From assembly GCA_964447785.1 (NCBI GenBank), contig CAYUTW010000001.1, positions 16,104 to 80,103 on the forward strand: a stretch of 64,000 nt of DNA. The letters run 5' to 3'. Of this stretch, positions 43,389 through 53,983 are shown in pieces. The notes below the pieces were generated by a model. The model searched no databases. It saw nothing but the letters and a program-made list of their open reading frames with translations, and was not told the origin of the DNA. The DNA comes from an uncultured Methanobacterium sp. GTDB taxonomy: Archaea > Methanobacteriota > Methanobacteria > Methanobacteriales > Methanobacteriaceae. Each line of letters starts with the position of its first letter. The stretch's first letter is position 1. Made by a program: the position numbers and the translations under genes.

Positions 43389-45833
43389 ATGGCAGATAAT
43401 TCTAAAAAAAAAGCAGAAATCAAGATTTCTGGTATGCATTGTGCTTCCTGTGCTTTGAATATTGAAAAATCCCTCCAGGGCCTGGAAGGAGTGGAAGATG
43501 CCCAGGTTAATTTTGGGACTGAAAAAGCAACAGTTAGATATGATCCAGAGAAACTCCAACTACAGGAACTGGAAAAAAAGGTAGAAGACAGCGGTTATGG
43601 AGTGGTTAATGAAAAAGTTACCATTAAAGTGGGAGGAATGACTTGTGCCATGTGTGTACAGGCCATTGAAGGAGTTTTAAATAAAATAGATGGAATTAGT
43701 GAAGTTAACGTAAATCTGGCTGCTGAAAAGGCATATGTAATCTACAATCCCCAGATGACCAGTGTCAGTGAGATGAAAGACGCCATTGAAGATCTTGGAT
43801 ACGATTATCTTGGTTTAGAAGGGGAAATAGAAGGTAAAGAAGAGGAAAAACTACGTCAAGCTGATCTTAATAGTAAAAGGAACCGTTTTGTCGTTGCCTT
43901 TGCTGTTTCCATTCCTTTGATGGTATTGATGTATGCTGGTGTGATGTTACCATTTAACATGACCTATTTCATGCTGGCAGTTACTATTCTGCCATTTATC
44001 TATGTTAGCTACCCCATCTTCTCTGCAGGTTATCGTTCTCTACAGAACCGTGCACTTAACATGGATGTAATGTACTCAATGGGTATCGGGGTGGCTTTCG
44101 TCTCTAGCATCCTGGGAACTTTCAATATCTTGCTCACACCAGAGTTCATGTTCTACGAAACTGCACTGATGCTGGCTGGATTCCTCATGCTGGGCAGGTG
44201 GATGGAGGCACGTGCAAAAGGACGTACAGGCACCGCCATAAAGAAACTTATAGGTATGCAGGCTAAAACAGCCACTATTATCCGTGATGATGACTCGGAC
44301 CATATGGAAACCCAGATACCCGTGGAAGATGTTCTAGTTGGAGATATGGTTCTAGTTAAACCGGGTGAAAGAATACCTGTGGATGGGAAAGTGGTTTCAG
44401 GTGAAAGTTATGTAGATGAGTCCATGATCACAGGCGAACCAATACCTTCCCTTAAAAATAAGGGTTCGAATGTAGTTGGCGGGACTATTAATCAAAATGG
44501 TGTTTTGAAGTTCATGGCAGAGAAAATTGGTAAAGATACTGCCCTAGCCCAGATTATTAAACTGGTAGAGTCTGCTCAGGGGTCTAAACCACCAGTACAG
44601 AGAATAGCTGACCAGGCTGTTACTTATTTCATCCCCACTGTCCTCACCATTGCCGTTGCCTCCTTTATTATTTGGTATTTCTTAATGGGGAGTACCCTAC
44701 TTTTCGGGCTTACTGTTTTAATCTCCATCTTGGTGGTGGCTTGTCCTTGTGCATTGGGACTGGCCACCCCCACCGCAGTAACTGTGGGAATTGGGCGTGG
44801 GGCTGAACTGGGAATACTGATTAAAAATGGTGAAGCTCTTGAAATATCAGGAAAACTGACTACTGTGCTTTTTGATAAGACTGGGACGTTGACTAAGGGT
44901 AAACCAGAAGTTACTGATATCATAGGAATCAACACCGATGAACGTAATCTACTGCAGATTGCTGCCAGTGTTGAAAAGAATTCGCAACACCCCCTGGGAC
45001 AATCTATAGTTATCAAAGCCCATGACAATGATATTAAATTATATGAGGCAGAAGATTTCGATACATTGGCAGGTAAAGGAGTATCTGCAACATTAAAAGG
45101 GAGTAAAGTGTTGGTGGGGAACAGGACCCTCCTTGATGAAAATAACATAGTGATATCCAGAGAGGAAGAAGAAAAGATATCTAAAATTGAAGAAGAAGGT
45201 AAAACTGTTGTTTTAATATCAATAAAAGGAATATTATCAGGGATTCTCGCAGTGGCAGATACCCTAAAAGAGAGCACCCCCCAGGCCATAAGTGAACTTA
45301 AAAAGATGGGCCTGAAGGTGGCCATGATCACCGGAGATAATCAGAGGACAGCTGAGGCTATTGGGAGGATTATTGGCATTGATAAAATCCTATCCGAGGT
45401 TTTACCCGAGGATAAGTCTGCTGAAGTTAAGAGGCTTCAAGATAAAGGAGAAGTAGTGGCATTTATAGGTGATGGGATTAACGACGCACCAGCCTTGGCC
45501 CAGGCAGATGTGGGAATAGCCATTGGTAGTGGAACTGATGTGGCCATTGAAAGTGGAGAAATAGTACTTATTAAGGATAATTTGCTGGATGCTGTGGCAG
45601 GAGTGCAATTGTCAGATAAAGTTATGGGTCGAATAAAGCTCAATCTTTTTTGGGCATTTGCTTACAACGTTATTCTAATACCTGTAGCTGCAGGATTACT
45701 TTATCCTACATTCGGGATTACTTTCCGTCCGGAATATGCCGGCCTGGCCATGGCACTAAGTTCAGTGACTATTGTAACTCTTTCACTCCTTTTAAAAGGA
45801 TACGTACCCCCTGCAAAGCAACCTGAACCATGA
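43389..45833 (+). CDS. copA: Cu(I)-translocating P1B-type ATPase with two HMA domains
   Basis: GMHCASC and [42 protein letters not shown]. Confidence 0.95.
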   Translation: MADNSKKKAEIKISGMHCASCALNIEKSLQGLEGVEDAQVNFGTEKATVRYDPEKLQLQELEKKVEDSGYGVVNEKVTIKVGGMTCAMCVQAIEGVLNKIDGISEVNVNLAAEKAYVIYNPQMTSVSEMKDAIEDLGYDYLGLEGEIEGKEEEKLRQADLNSKRNRFVVAFAVSIPLMVLMYAGVMLPFNMTYFMLAVTILPFIYVSYPIFSAGYRSLQNRALNMDVMYSMGIGVAFVSSILGTFNILLTPEFMFYETALMLAGFLMLGRWMEARAKGRTGTAIKKLIGMQAKTATIIRDDDSDHMETQIPVEDVLVGDMVLVKPGERIPVDGKVVSGESYVDESMITGEPIPSLKNKGSNVVGGTINQNGVLKFMAEKIGKDTALAQIIKLVESAQGSKPPVQRIADQAVTYFIPTVLTIAVASFIIWYFLMGSTLLFGLTVLISILVVACPCALGLATPTAVTVGIGRGAELGILIKNGEALEISGKLTTVLFDKTGTLTKGKPEVTDIIGINTDERNLLQIAASVEKNSQHPLGQSIVIKAHDNDIKLYEAEDFDTLAGKGVSATLKGSKVLVGNRTLLDENNIVISREEEEKISKIEEEGKTVVLISIKGILSGILAVADTLKESTPQAISELKKMGLKVAMITGDNQRTAEAIGRIIGIDKILSEVLPEDKSAEVKRLQDKGEVVAFIGDGINDAPALAQADVGIAIGSGTDVAIESGEIVLIKDNLLDAVAGVQLSDKVMGRIKLNLFWAFAYNVILIPVAAGLLYPTFGITFRPEYAGLAMALSSVTIVTLSLLLKGYVPPAKQPEP

Positions 45834-46011
45834 AGACACCCCTACCTATGTTTTGTGTAGATGGCCATATAATGGAAGGGTTAAACCAGATATGTTCAGA
45901 AGATTAAAACAGAAATGTTTTTTAACCCATCTAATCTTTTTTTGTGATAACAAGAATTATTAAGTATAGATAACCATAATTTAAACTAGAATAGCAGGAG
46001 GGTGATTTTTT

Positions 46012-46158
<147 letters not shown>

Positions 46159-46223
46159 AATAAAGACTGAATTTTATGAATCAATAAATTTTAAAGGATT
46201 TAAAAATTTAAAGGAGGGATTAT

Positions 46224-46349
46224 ATGGGATTATTAGACTCAGTAGCTAAAAAAGCCACTAAAGAACTGCAAAAACAGGCAAAAGAAAAAGGTGGCAAAGA
46301 AATAGAGAAAAAAGCTAAAGATGAACTTAAAAAAAGGTTTAAGATTTAA
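46224..46349 (+). CDS. Small Lys/Glu-rich helical protein (41 aa; not in the ORF track)
   Basis: MGLLDSVAKKATKELQKQAKEKGGKEIEKKAKDELKKRFKI after a strong AAGGAGG RBS. Confidence 0.7.
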   Translation: MGLLDSVAKKATKELQKQAKEKGGKEIEKKAKDELKKRFKI

Positions 46350-46638
46350 TCTGTGCGAATCTTCTGATTTTAATGGGTACATTGAAGTCTTTTTTTATTG
46401 TCCTATTTTATTTCACAAAAATATCGTAATTAAATATCCTAATTTTATTTTTTTCCAAGAGAGTTCTTTTTTAGAATGATTTCTTATTAAACTGAGGGGG
46501 CACCCCTCTATATGAGGGGCAATCAATCATATTCCTATAAAGATAGATGTGGGTTTGGTAAGAGCATTTGAGAAGTAAAAAAACCATCCATTATTCTTAA
46601 ATCATTTCATTTTATACATTGAATTGATAGCATTGAAT

Positions 46639-46737
46639 TTATTTTTTTGGCGGATTAAGTTTATTATAAACAATTAAAATGAAAACTGCCATTACCATCC
46701 CGATAAAAGCCCCTAATACTGCATTTACAATGTCCAT
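46639..46737 (-). CDS. Small single-pass membrane protein (32 aa; not in the ORF track)
   Basis: MDIVNAVLGAFIGMVMAVFILIVYNKLNPPKK; AAGGAG upstream; hydrophobic helix followed by a basic tail. Confidence 0.55.
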   Translation of the reverse strand: MDIVNAVLGAFIGMVMAVFILIVYNKLNPPKK

Positions 46738-46818
46738 AATATTATTGCTCCTTAATTACCCCACCTATATTAATTAACTGCGTATTTATACTTCTTTAGT
46801 TTTTTTTAGAGTATAACT

Positions 46819-48072
46819 CTAATAAACATCCTTTTTCATTACTTCTCTTAAAACACTGGTGGCGTAAGAACCCTTGGGAATTGAAAATTCTACTATAACT
46901 CCTTCTTCAGCTGCTTCAGCAGAGACATCCCATATTTTGAAGCGTATTGAACGACGTATACCATGACTACCCAGTTTAGGCATTTTAGGCACCATAAAAT
47001 CTTCAAGTTTAAGATTTTCCCCATCTAAGATATTCTGTTCCATCTTACCCAGTTCCCCACCAGCCAGAGGAACTTTACTTCCATAAAGTGGTGCGGATGG
47101 ATGGGCCTGGAACTCTTTTATCCACTCATTAATTTCTTCCGGGTCAAATTCATGGATGAGATGCTCCTCATTGTCAATGAGAATATCGCCTTCAACATAC
47201 TGGTTGATTCCCAGCATGGTGCGTTCACTTACTGCGCGGTTGAACAGATATGATTGGTATGCGTGGACAAACATCCGACTTAAGGGTTTAGGAAGGCTTT
47301 TAAGTGCCAAAATGTATGATTTCTCATCGAGTTCACCTTTCTTTTTCTTCTCCTTCAAGAGCGCATATAACATCATCTTTTCATAGCGCATCCCACTAGG
47401 CATAGAAGCCAGAGATTCTTCCAGTTCACCATCATCATAGAATTTACGGGCTTCTTGTATGTGTTTTGGCTCAGTTTCATAAGGGTGACCTATGTAACGG
47501 TCAACAGCTGCTTTAACTCCACCTTTAATGAGGGCTTTACCCACCAGGTGAGTGTTGGGGCGATTCTTCCCAAAACGTTGAAAACCATAATAATTAGGCA
47601 CCCCTTTCTCTTTCAACAGATTTAATATTTCTCCCGCCCTTTTTGCTGCCATATCCGTATCTTTTACATCCCTTACCATCAAGCGAAACTTGTTCCCCAC
47701 CAGTTGGCCGATGCGTAACTTTTTCTGATTAGGTTTTATATCCAATATTTTAACATGATGAAGTTTATCTTCCAATTCCTGCAGTTCTTCCGGGGTTTTA
47801 TTACTTACACATATATACTGGCGGGTTACCGCGGCTTTGTCCTTCATCCCTGCAAATCCCATCTGCTTACGGTTAATCTTCAGCTCCCGGGCCATGTCCA
47901 ACACCACATCCAGGGTGTTTCGACCTTCTTTTTCTATCCATAACCATGTGTTTGGCCCTTCACCACTGGGCTGATTTAGTGGAATCTCTTCCACGTAAAA
48001 ATCCTCGTTTATCGTCCTAATTTCGCCCCCTATTCCTTTCTGCGGGGTTAAATATGTTTCTGCGTTTAACAT
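46819..48072 (-). CDS. truD: tRNA pseudouridine(13) synthase TruD
   Basis: [44 protein letters not shown]. Confidence 0.96.
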   Translation of the reverse strand: MLNAETYLTPQKGIGGEIRTINEDFYVEEIPLNQPSGEGPNTWLWIEKEGRNTLDVVLDMARELKINRKQMGFAGMKDKAAVTRQYICVSNKTPEELQELEDKLHHVKILDIKPNQKKLRIGQLVGNKFRLMVRDVKDTDMAAKRAGEILNLLKEKGVPNYYGFQRFGKNRPNTHLVGKALIKGGVKAAVDRYIGHPYETEPKHIQEARKFYDDGELEESLASMPSGMRYEKMMLYALLKEKKKKGELDEKSYILALKSLPKPLSRMFVHAYQSYLFNRAVSERTMLGINQYVEGDILIDNEEHLIHEFDPEEINEWIKEFQAHPSAPLYGSKVPLAGGELGKMEQNILDGENLKLEDFMVPKMPKLGSHGIRRSIRFKIWDVSAEAAEEGVIVEFSIPKGSYATSVLREVMKKDVY

Positions 48073-48188
48073 GATTAATTACCACTCATTTACACATTAT
48101 GAATGAACTCCTGTGATCTGTGCTGTTCATTTTTTATATACTGTTATGATAATAACCATATGCATAAAGAATAAAGGAGACTGAATTT

Positions 48189-48953
48189 ATGGCAACTGTG
48201 AAGATTATGCCCTGCCTGGATATGAAAGACGGCCGCGTAGTTAAAGGTGTTAATTTTGTGGACTTGAAAGATGCTGGTGACCCCGTAGAAAGCGCAGCTT
48301 TATACCAGAATGAAGGGGCAGATGAACTGGCCATTTTAGATATTGCAGCTACTCTTGAAAACCGAAAAACTCGCCTGGAATGGGTAAAAAATGTTTCAGG
48401 AGTTATTGAGATTCCACTTACCGTTGGTGGGGGAATTAGCAGTGTGAAGGATATTGATTTAACCCTGGATGCAGGGGCAGATAAAGTTTCCATGAACAGT
48501 GCCGCGGTGAAAAATCCGGAACTGATAAAAGAAGCTGCAATTGAATATGGGAAGGACAAAATTACAGTTGCTATAGATGGGTGCCGTAACCGAAGTATGC
48601 CCTCTGGATTCGAAGTTGTAATAGCTGGAGGGGCCAAAACTACCGGCATAGATGCTGTTGAATGGGCCAAAAAAATTCAAGAGCTTGGTGCTGGCGTGAT
48701 TTTACCCACCAGTATGGATGGGGATGGTACTCAAGATGGTTATGACCTGGAATTCACTCGTGCCATTTCCGATGTTGTGGAAGTACCAGTTATCGCATCG
48801 GGAGGTGCAGGAAAACTTTCTGACTTTAAGGATGCTATTGTGGAAGGTGGTGCTTCAGTATTACTGGCTGCTTCAGTTTTTCATTACCGAACATTTAGTG
48901 TTAGAGAAGTTAAAAAATATTTGCAGGAAAATGGGATTAAAGTATTTTTATAG
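48189..48953 (+). CDS. hisF: Imidazole glycerol phosphate synthase cyclase subunit HisF (or paralog)
   Basis: PCLDMKDGRVVKG, GDPVE, GADKVS.N, TSMD.DGT..GYD, PVIASGGAG, LAASVFH. Confidence 0.88.
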   Translation: MATVKIMPCLDMKDGRVVKGVNFVDLKDAGDPVESAALYQNEGADELAILDIAATLENRKTRLEWVKNVSGVIEIPLTVGGGISSVKDIDLTLDAGADKVSMNSAAVKNPELIKEAAIEYGKDKITVAIDGCRNRSMPSGFEVVIAGGAKTTGIDAVEWAKKIQELGAGVILPTSMDGDGTQDGYDLEFTRAISDVVEVPVIASGGAGKLSDFKDAIVEGGASVLLAASVFHYRTFSVREVKKYLQENGIKVFL

Positions 48954-49118
48954 AATATTTAACTATTTTAAGTGTTAATCTATTTTTAATGAATAATAAA
49001 TCATCATTTTGATTGGGAAGACATGTATAACTTACATATATACATTTATACTGAGTATTTAGGCAAAGTATAATTTTATATATTGTTTTGTATAAAATTC
49101 GATTATTGGGGCGATTTA

Positions 49119-49904
49119 TTGAAGGCGAAATTGAAAATCTTAGAAAGGAAAATAGAAGGGTTGAAAAGGAAAATAACTACCCACAAACATCACAAACCTA
49201 TACTAGGAATACTAGTCCTATTTTGCCTGTTTTTTGTGGTTGTAATACCACTATACAATGTTTATTCTGTGGAAGATTCTACAGTTACTCAACCAGTCAC
49301 ACACGAAGTCTTGGGAAGCGAATCTTATGGGAGTGTAGTGAAGGAAGGACCATATGGTAATAGTAGCTCACCAGTTAAGGTTGCTTACATTCTAGGAGAA
49401 CATCCCCGTGAATGGGTTGCCCATAAAGCAGTTAAAGAAGATATTAAGGAAAATTCAGATTCCCTGAAATACTGTTACTATCTTTACATTATTAACGTAA
49501 CCCAGAATGCCAATGATTTTTCCAGTGGAAGGTTAAACGGGCAGTTACTTGCCAATAAATATGTGGTTGATGATATTGCCAGTGGCGGTTTCCGTCTGGC
49601 TATTGATGTCCATGGGACTGATGGAGAATATGCAAAGAAAGTCTTTTTATTTGCACCTGTGCAGGACGAGTCATCACTTGAAATTGCCTATAACTTAAGC
49701 CATACCCTTGAGGGTATTCCTTATTACGCACCACCTACTGCTACAAGCCCCAGTTATACTACCACCCCCCTCATAAAAAAAGGAGTACCATCAATTGTTT
49801 ATGAATCATTTAAAGATCAACCATACCATAAAGTTAAAGAAGATAATAAAAAGTTTATTTTCGGTGTGGATAATTTGAAACTCAAAGCCAATGGATGTTA
49901 CTAA
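49119..49904 (+). CDS. Membrane-anchored protein with zinc-carboxypeptidase-like (M14-type) motifs
   Basis: Basic N-terminus, one TM helix, GEHPRE (HxxE), IDVH, late YE. TTG start follows GGGG (alternative start at 49083). Confidence 0.55.
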   Translation: MKAKLKILERKIEGLKRKITTHKHHKPILGILVLFCLFFVVVIPLYNVYSVEDSTVTQPVTHEVLGSESYGSVVKEGPYGNSSSPVKVAYILGEHPREWVAHKAVKEDIKENSDSLKYCYYLYIINVTQNANDFSSGRLNGQLLANKYVVDDIASGGFRLAIDVHGTDGEYAKKVFLFAPVQDESSLEIAYNLSHTLEGIPYYAPPTATSPSYTTTPLIKKGVPSIVYESFKDQPYHKVKEDNKKFIFGVDNLKLKANGCY

Positions 49905-49999
49905 TTTTTCATTTATCAGCGAATTTATCTTCCTATTATGCCAAAATACCGTAAAAAACAATTTACAGCAAAGATTTAAAGATAACAAATTTCTGAGCA

Positions 50000-50049
50000 T
50001 AGTAGCAATCTATAAATATCAAACATGTGCTAATGTGTAATTAACACAC
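50000..50049 (+). promoter_or_regulatory. Promoter of the HTH-ferredoxin gene: TATA box plus TGTGT-N5-ACACA palindrome
   Basis: tagtagcaatcTATAAATAtcaaacatgtgctaa-TGTGTaattaACACA-c. TATA at 50011-50018, palindrome at 50034-50048. Matches the fwd promoter. Confidence 0.75.
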
Positions 50050-50061
50050 ATGGTGAATACA

Positions 50062-50526
50062 ATGCCAAAACATATTGCATCTGGATTAAAGTACCTGGCA
50101 GCGGTGAAGCTCAGAGAACAGGGTTATTTCCAAAAAGATATTGCAAATCAACTTGGAATGGACCGTTCAACAGTTTCCCATTATTTGAATGGTAGAAATC
50201 TTTCCTGGAGTTCCATCGAAGTTGCAGAATCCATCACTAACTGCTGTAATCGGGACTTCCTCAATATGACTTACTCTTTAACAGGAGATATTGATAACAC
50301 CAGGACTATTGTACGTATCCTTATTGAACAGGACTTTAAAGCCCAAGTGAATGATACATGTATTGGCTGTGGTGTTTGCGTTGATATGTGCTTAATGGAT
50401 AACATTTCTATTGTGGATTTGAAATGTCAAATAAACACTGAAGGGTGTTGTGGTTGTTTGGACTGTCAGATTAACTGTCCCACTAATTCTATACAAATTA
50501 TAGAAATTCAAAGCCCGAATAAATGA
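50062..50526 (+). CDS. HTH plus 2x[4Fe-4S] ferredoxin-domain protein, FwdH-like
   Basis: QKDIANQLGMDRSTVSHYLNG (Cro/XRE HTH); CIGCGVCVDMC and CCGCLDCQINCP. ATG at 50062 follows GGTGA. Confidence 0.8.
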   Translation: MPKHIASGLKYLAAVKLREQGYFQKDIANQLGMDRSTVSHYLNGRNLSWSSIEVAESITNCCNRDFLNMTYSLTGDIDNTRTIVRILIEQDFKAQVNDTCIGCGVCVDMCLMDNISIVDLKCQINTEGCCGCLDCQINCPTNSIQIIEIQSPNK

Positions 50527-50716
50527 TTATTACTCTTTAGTTTTTTTTATATTATTTTTTCATACAACTTTTCTTATTTAACAAGTTTTTTAAATTTAAC
50601 AAATGAATCCAGCCCTACTCATCTAAATAAGGCTTTTTACATCCAATGAAAAACATAAATATCCATAATAACAAATTATCAGATATAATTGTTTTTAATA
50701 TAAGATGGTGAATGAA

Positions 50717-51286
50717 ATGATTTGCCTTAAATGCCGACATGAAAATCCAGAAGATGCCGTGATCTGTGAATTTTGTGGTGAACCCTTAAAAGCCCAAATC
50801 AAGCCAAAAAATCTTAAAAAGAATAATAATGATAATAAGGGCGGTTTTACCACCAGAAACCTTAAAATATTGGGAATTGGTATTTTAATGCTGTTTATAG
50901 TCACTGTTGCAATTTTATGGCCAAGCACACATAGTACCATCAACGATAATGATTCTTACATTTCAGGCCACGCAACATGGCAGCAGATAGCCATATATAA
51001 TGGAACAACTGATAATTTAGCGCCTTTTCAGATTAAAGGAAGTAAAATGAAGGTTTATATCACTGCTCAGCCAATGACACCTGATACCAGCATTAAATGT
51101 GAGATTTACAGTTCTGAGGGAATTGCCTCTTCGGATGACCTGGTCTGGAACGGGAATGATATGTCCATGAAGACCATGAGCCTACAAATCAAAACTCAAC
51201 CCGGAAAATACTCTGTTAATATTGATATTCCAGACACTCCAACAAATCAAGTAAAATGGACTGCTCAAGTATCTGATTATTACTAA
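50717..51286 (+). CDS. Zinc-ribbon, single-TM protein with an extracellular beta domain
   Basis: CLKCRHENPEDAVICEFCG, then a TM helix. ATG at 50717 follows GGTGA (alternative start at 50705). Confidence 0.75.
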   Translation: MICLKCRHENPEDAVICEFCGEPLKAQIKPKNLKKNNNDNKGGFTTRNLKILGIGILMLFIVTVAILWPSTHSTINDNDSYISGHATWQQIAIYNGTTDNLAPFQIKGSKMKVYITAQPMTPDTSIKCEIYSSEGIASSDDLVWNGNDMSMKTMSLQIKTQPGKYSVNIDIPDTPTNQVKWTAQVSDYY

Positions 51287-51414
51287 ACCATAAATCTTCC
51301 GGATTTAACAGCTTTTAATCTACGATGTGGACCATTGATGTTACTTGAAGAAATGGATACTATGGAGAATACAAAAATCCAAAAAAATGGATCTTGTTTT
51401 GATCCATTTTACTC

Positions 51415-52755
51415 TCACCGACGATCAACTAAACGCTTAGGTCGACCCCTGATCTTATAAAATTCTAGACCACCCGGACCAGTAAAATTAAAGTTAATAT
51501 TAAAACTACCATCCTGATGTGCTTCAGATAGGGGAGGTTTGTACTGGAGGAAAGATTTTAAAAAGTTCTCCTGAACCAGCTCTTGCTGGCAGTTTTTAGC
51601 ATCATGGCACTCCATACTCACCCTGAGAGTAACCTCCTCATCATCACCATAGAGGAAAGCCTCATACTCCCCAGTTAAATAGTCCATGTTCTCCTCCTGG
51701 AAAACACCTTTTTCAATATCAACCCGGTTGAATGGTGCACCCATTACCCAGACTGTTTCTGCCTCCCGTTCTGGATTGAGTATTCTCATATGGGTACGTC
51801 CACATGAACATTTATCCCTGCTTACCACCACTGTGGTATCCTCTGTGTCATAGTTTAAAAGTAGCGTGCCGGTTTTACCTCCAGGAGGAAGTAACGTAGT
51901 CAAGACGGTCCTCCCACATTCTCCTTCTGGCACAAAACCCTCCAATTGAGGGTCATATACATCCAAATGCACCATATCTTCAGGGACGTGGAGCCCTACT
52001 TTTTCATGGCACTCCCCACACATAGTTCCTTCGGTGCTGCCATAAGTGTTGTAAACAGGCACCCCCCATAATTTTTCCACATAGGCCCTGGATTCCTCAG
52101 CAAAACTCTCACCACCTGCAATGAGTCGTTTTATACTTGATTCTTGAGGGTTAATACCTTCTTTTTCCATTCGCCTGGCGAGGCGAATAAGCTTGAAAAC
52201 ACTAGCCACAATTCCAGTAGGCCGGTAGTTCTTCATAATACGCACTGGAAATGAGCATTTACCCTCAGGGATTATGGTCATCCCTATTTTCTGGGCGGCA
52301 AGAGTCATGGTATTGGCTCCCACATTCATACCATAAGAAGCACATACCACCACTTTATCTCCTTTACCGAAGTTCTGGCTGACAAATGACCGGGCATACT
52401 TTTCTGCATAACGGTTCCAGTCTTCCCAGGTTAAAAAGAACGATTTAGGCGTTCCACTGGTTCCACTGGTCTCGTGGATGGTGAAAACCTCATCCCAATC
52501 AATGCATTTGAATCCAAAATCTTCAGTCTCAGGGGGCTGGTATTCACGGATCGTTTTTCCAGAAATAATTGGTAACTCCCTAAGATCATCATGCTCACGA
52601 ATATCGGAAGGATTTATGTGATTCTCCTTGAACCATTTACGGTAAAATAGAGAATTTTCAGCAGCATAACTAACAGTATAACGAATACGCTCATCTACCA
52701 GCGCATCCAACTCATTTCGAGGCATTGTTTCAATTTCTTCCCTGAAATATGTCAT
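51415..52755 (-). CDS. ftsA: Coenzyme F390 synthetase
   Basis: Adenylate-forming motifs HETSGTSGTPK and YGSTEG; methanogen FtsA-like CASYGMNVGANTM and LLNYDTED. Confidence 0.88.
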   Translation of the reverse strand: MTYFREEIETMPRNELDALVDERIRYTVSYAAENSLFYRKWFKENHINPSDIREHDDLRELPIISGKTIREYQPPETEDFGFKCIDWDEVFTIHETSGTSGTPKSFFLTWEDWNRYAEKYARSFVSQNFGKGDKVVVCASYGMNVGANTMTLAAQKIGMTIIPEGKCSFPVRIMKNYRPTGIVASVFKLIRLARRMEKEGINPQESSIKRLIAGGESFAEESRAYVEKLWGVPVYNTYGSTEGTMCGECHEKVGLHVPEDMVHLDVYDPQLEGFVPEGECGRTVLTTLLPPGGKTGTLLLNYDTEDTTVVVSRDKCSCGRTHMRILNPEREAETVWVMGAPFNRVDIEKGVFQEENMDYLTGEYEAFLYGDDEEVTLRVSMECHDAKNCQQELVQENFLKSFLQYKPPLSEAHQDGSFNINFNFTGPGGLEFYKIRGRPKRLVDRR

Positions 52756-52994
52756 TTTAGCCCTCCTAATAAGTCTTAACCATTAAGAGTATTTAGTATG
52801 TCTTATTCCCTTAGATTAAATATGGATTCCTAAATTAATAATAATTACGAATCATAAAATGTAAGAAAGTGAACTTAAAAAAAATACTTAATTACATCAA
52901 ATAAATAGAATCAAGAGATTGTAAGAACTAACTGAAACATACTCGATAGATATTAAAAGTACTCAAAAAGTTCAAAATCAAATAAATTATCCTA

Positions 52995-53963
52995 ATGAGA
53001 TTTATGAAACGCTACACCATTATAATCATATTAATTACTGTTTTGGTAGCTTTTGGGGCTTCCTGGAAATATTATGACACAAATAGTAATGATAAACATA
53101 CCATCAAAGTAGGTTACTTGCCTACTGATCACAACGCAGCGCTTCTGGTGGCTAAATATAATAAAACCTATGAAATAAATGGTTTAAATGTTAAAACCGT
53201 TCAGATAAGTGCAGGTTCTAATATTGTAGATGCTGTCGCCAGTGGCGATATTGATATTGGTTATGTGGGAATAACTCCCACCATGCAGGGCATCAGTAAA
53301 GGAATCCCAATTAAGGTTATAGGAGCCGTTAACATGGATGGAAGTGGGATTGTAGTGCGACCAAACTCCACTATAACCAACCCTGCTGATTTAAAGGGTA
53401 AAAAAATAGCCACTCCTGGTGTAAGCTCCATTCAACAAGTACTACTGCTTTATGAACTACAAAAATACAACATCACCACCAATGATGTTGATTTAATATC
53501 CATGAATGTTTTTAACATTCCATCCGCACTAGCAGCCAAAAAAGTTGATGCTTACATATCCTACGAACCATATGTTTCCATAGCACCCTATAGAGACATT
53601 GGAGAGGTAATGATGTATTCTAATGAGATCATCGAAGATCATCCCTGTTGTGTGATTATCGCCAGGGAAGATTACATTGATGAAAATCCCCAAACATTGA
53701 ACACTTTCCTGCAAATCCATAAAAACACAACGGAATACGTCAATACACACCGCAACGAAACTGCGAATATTCTTACCCAAGAATTAACCACAAACCTCGA
53801 TTTGGAGATGATATCCCTCCAGCACATCAAATTCGTCTATTCTGTGGATAAAGAATTTCAGGATAATGTTCTAAATTTCATGAACATTGAAAACAACATG
53901 GGATACTTGAAAGCAAACCTTACAGCTAACCAAATATTTGATGCACAATTTTTAGGTAATTAA
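52995..53963 (+). CDS. NitT/TauT-family ABC transporter substrate-binding protein
   Basis: N-terminal anchor, VGYLPTDH, DLKGKKIATP, EP, HPCCV. Confidence 0.88.
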   Translation: MRFMKRYTIIIILITVLVAFGASWKYYDTNSNDKHTIKVGYLPTDHNAALLVAKYNKTYEINGLNVKTVQISAGSNIVDAVASGDIDIGYVGITPTMQGISKGIPIKVIGAVNMDGSGIVVRPNSTITNPADLKGKKIATPGVSSIQQVLLLYELQKYNITTNDVDLISMNVFNIPSALAAKKVDAYISYEPYVSIAPYRDIGEVMMYSNEIIEDHPCCVIIAREDYIDENPQTLNTFLQIHKNTTEYVNTHRNETANILTQELTTNLDLEMISLQHIKFVYSVDKEFQDNVLNFMNIENNMGYLKANLTANQIFDAQFLGN

Positions 53964-53983
53964 ATCTTTAATGGGGGCAAAAT

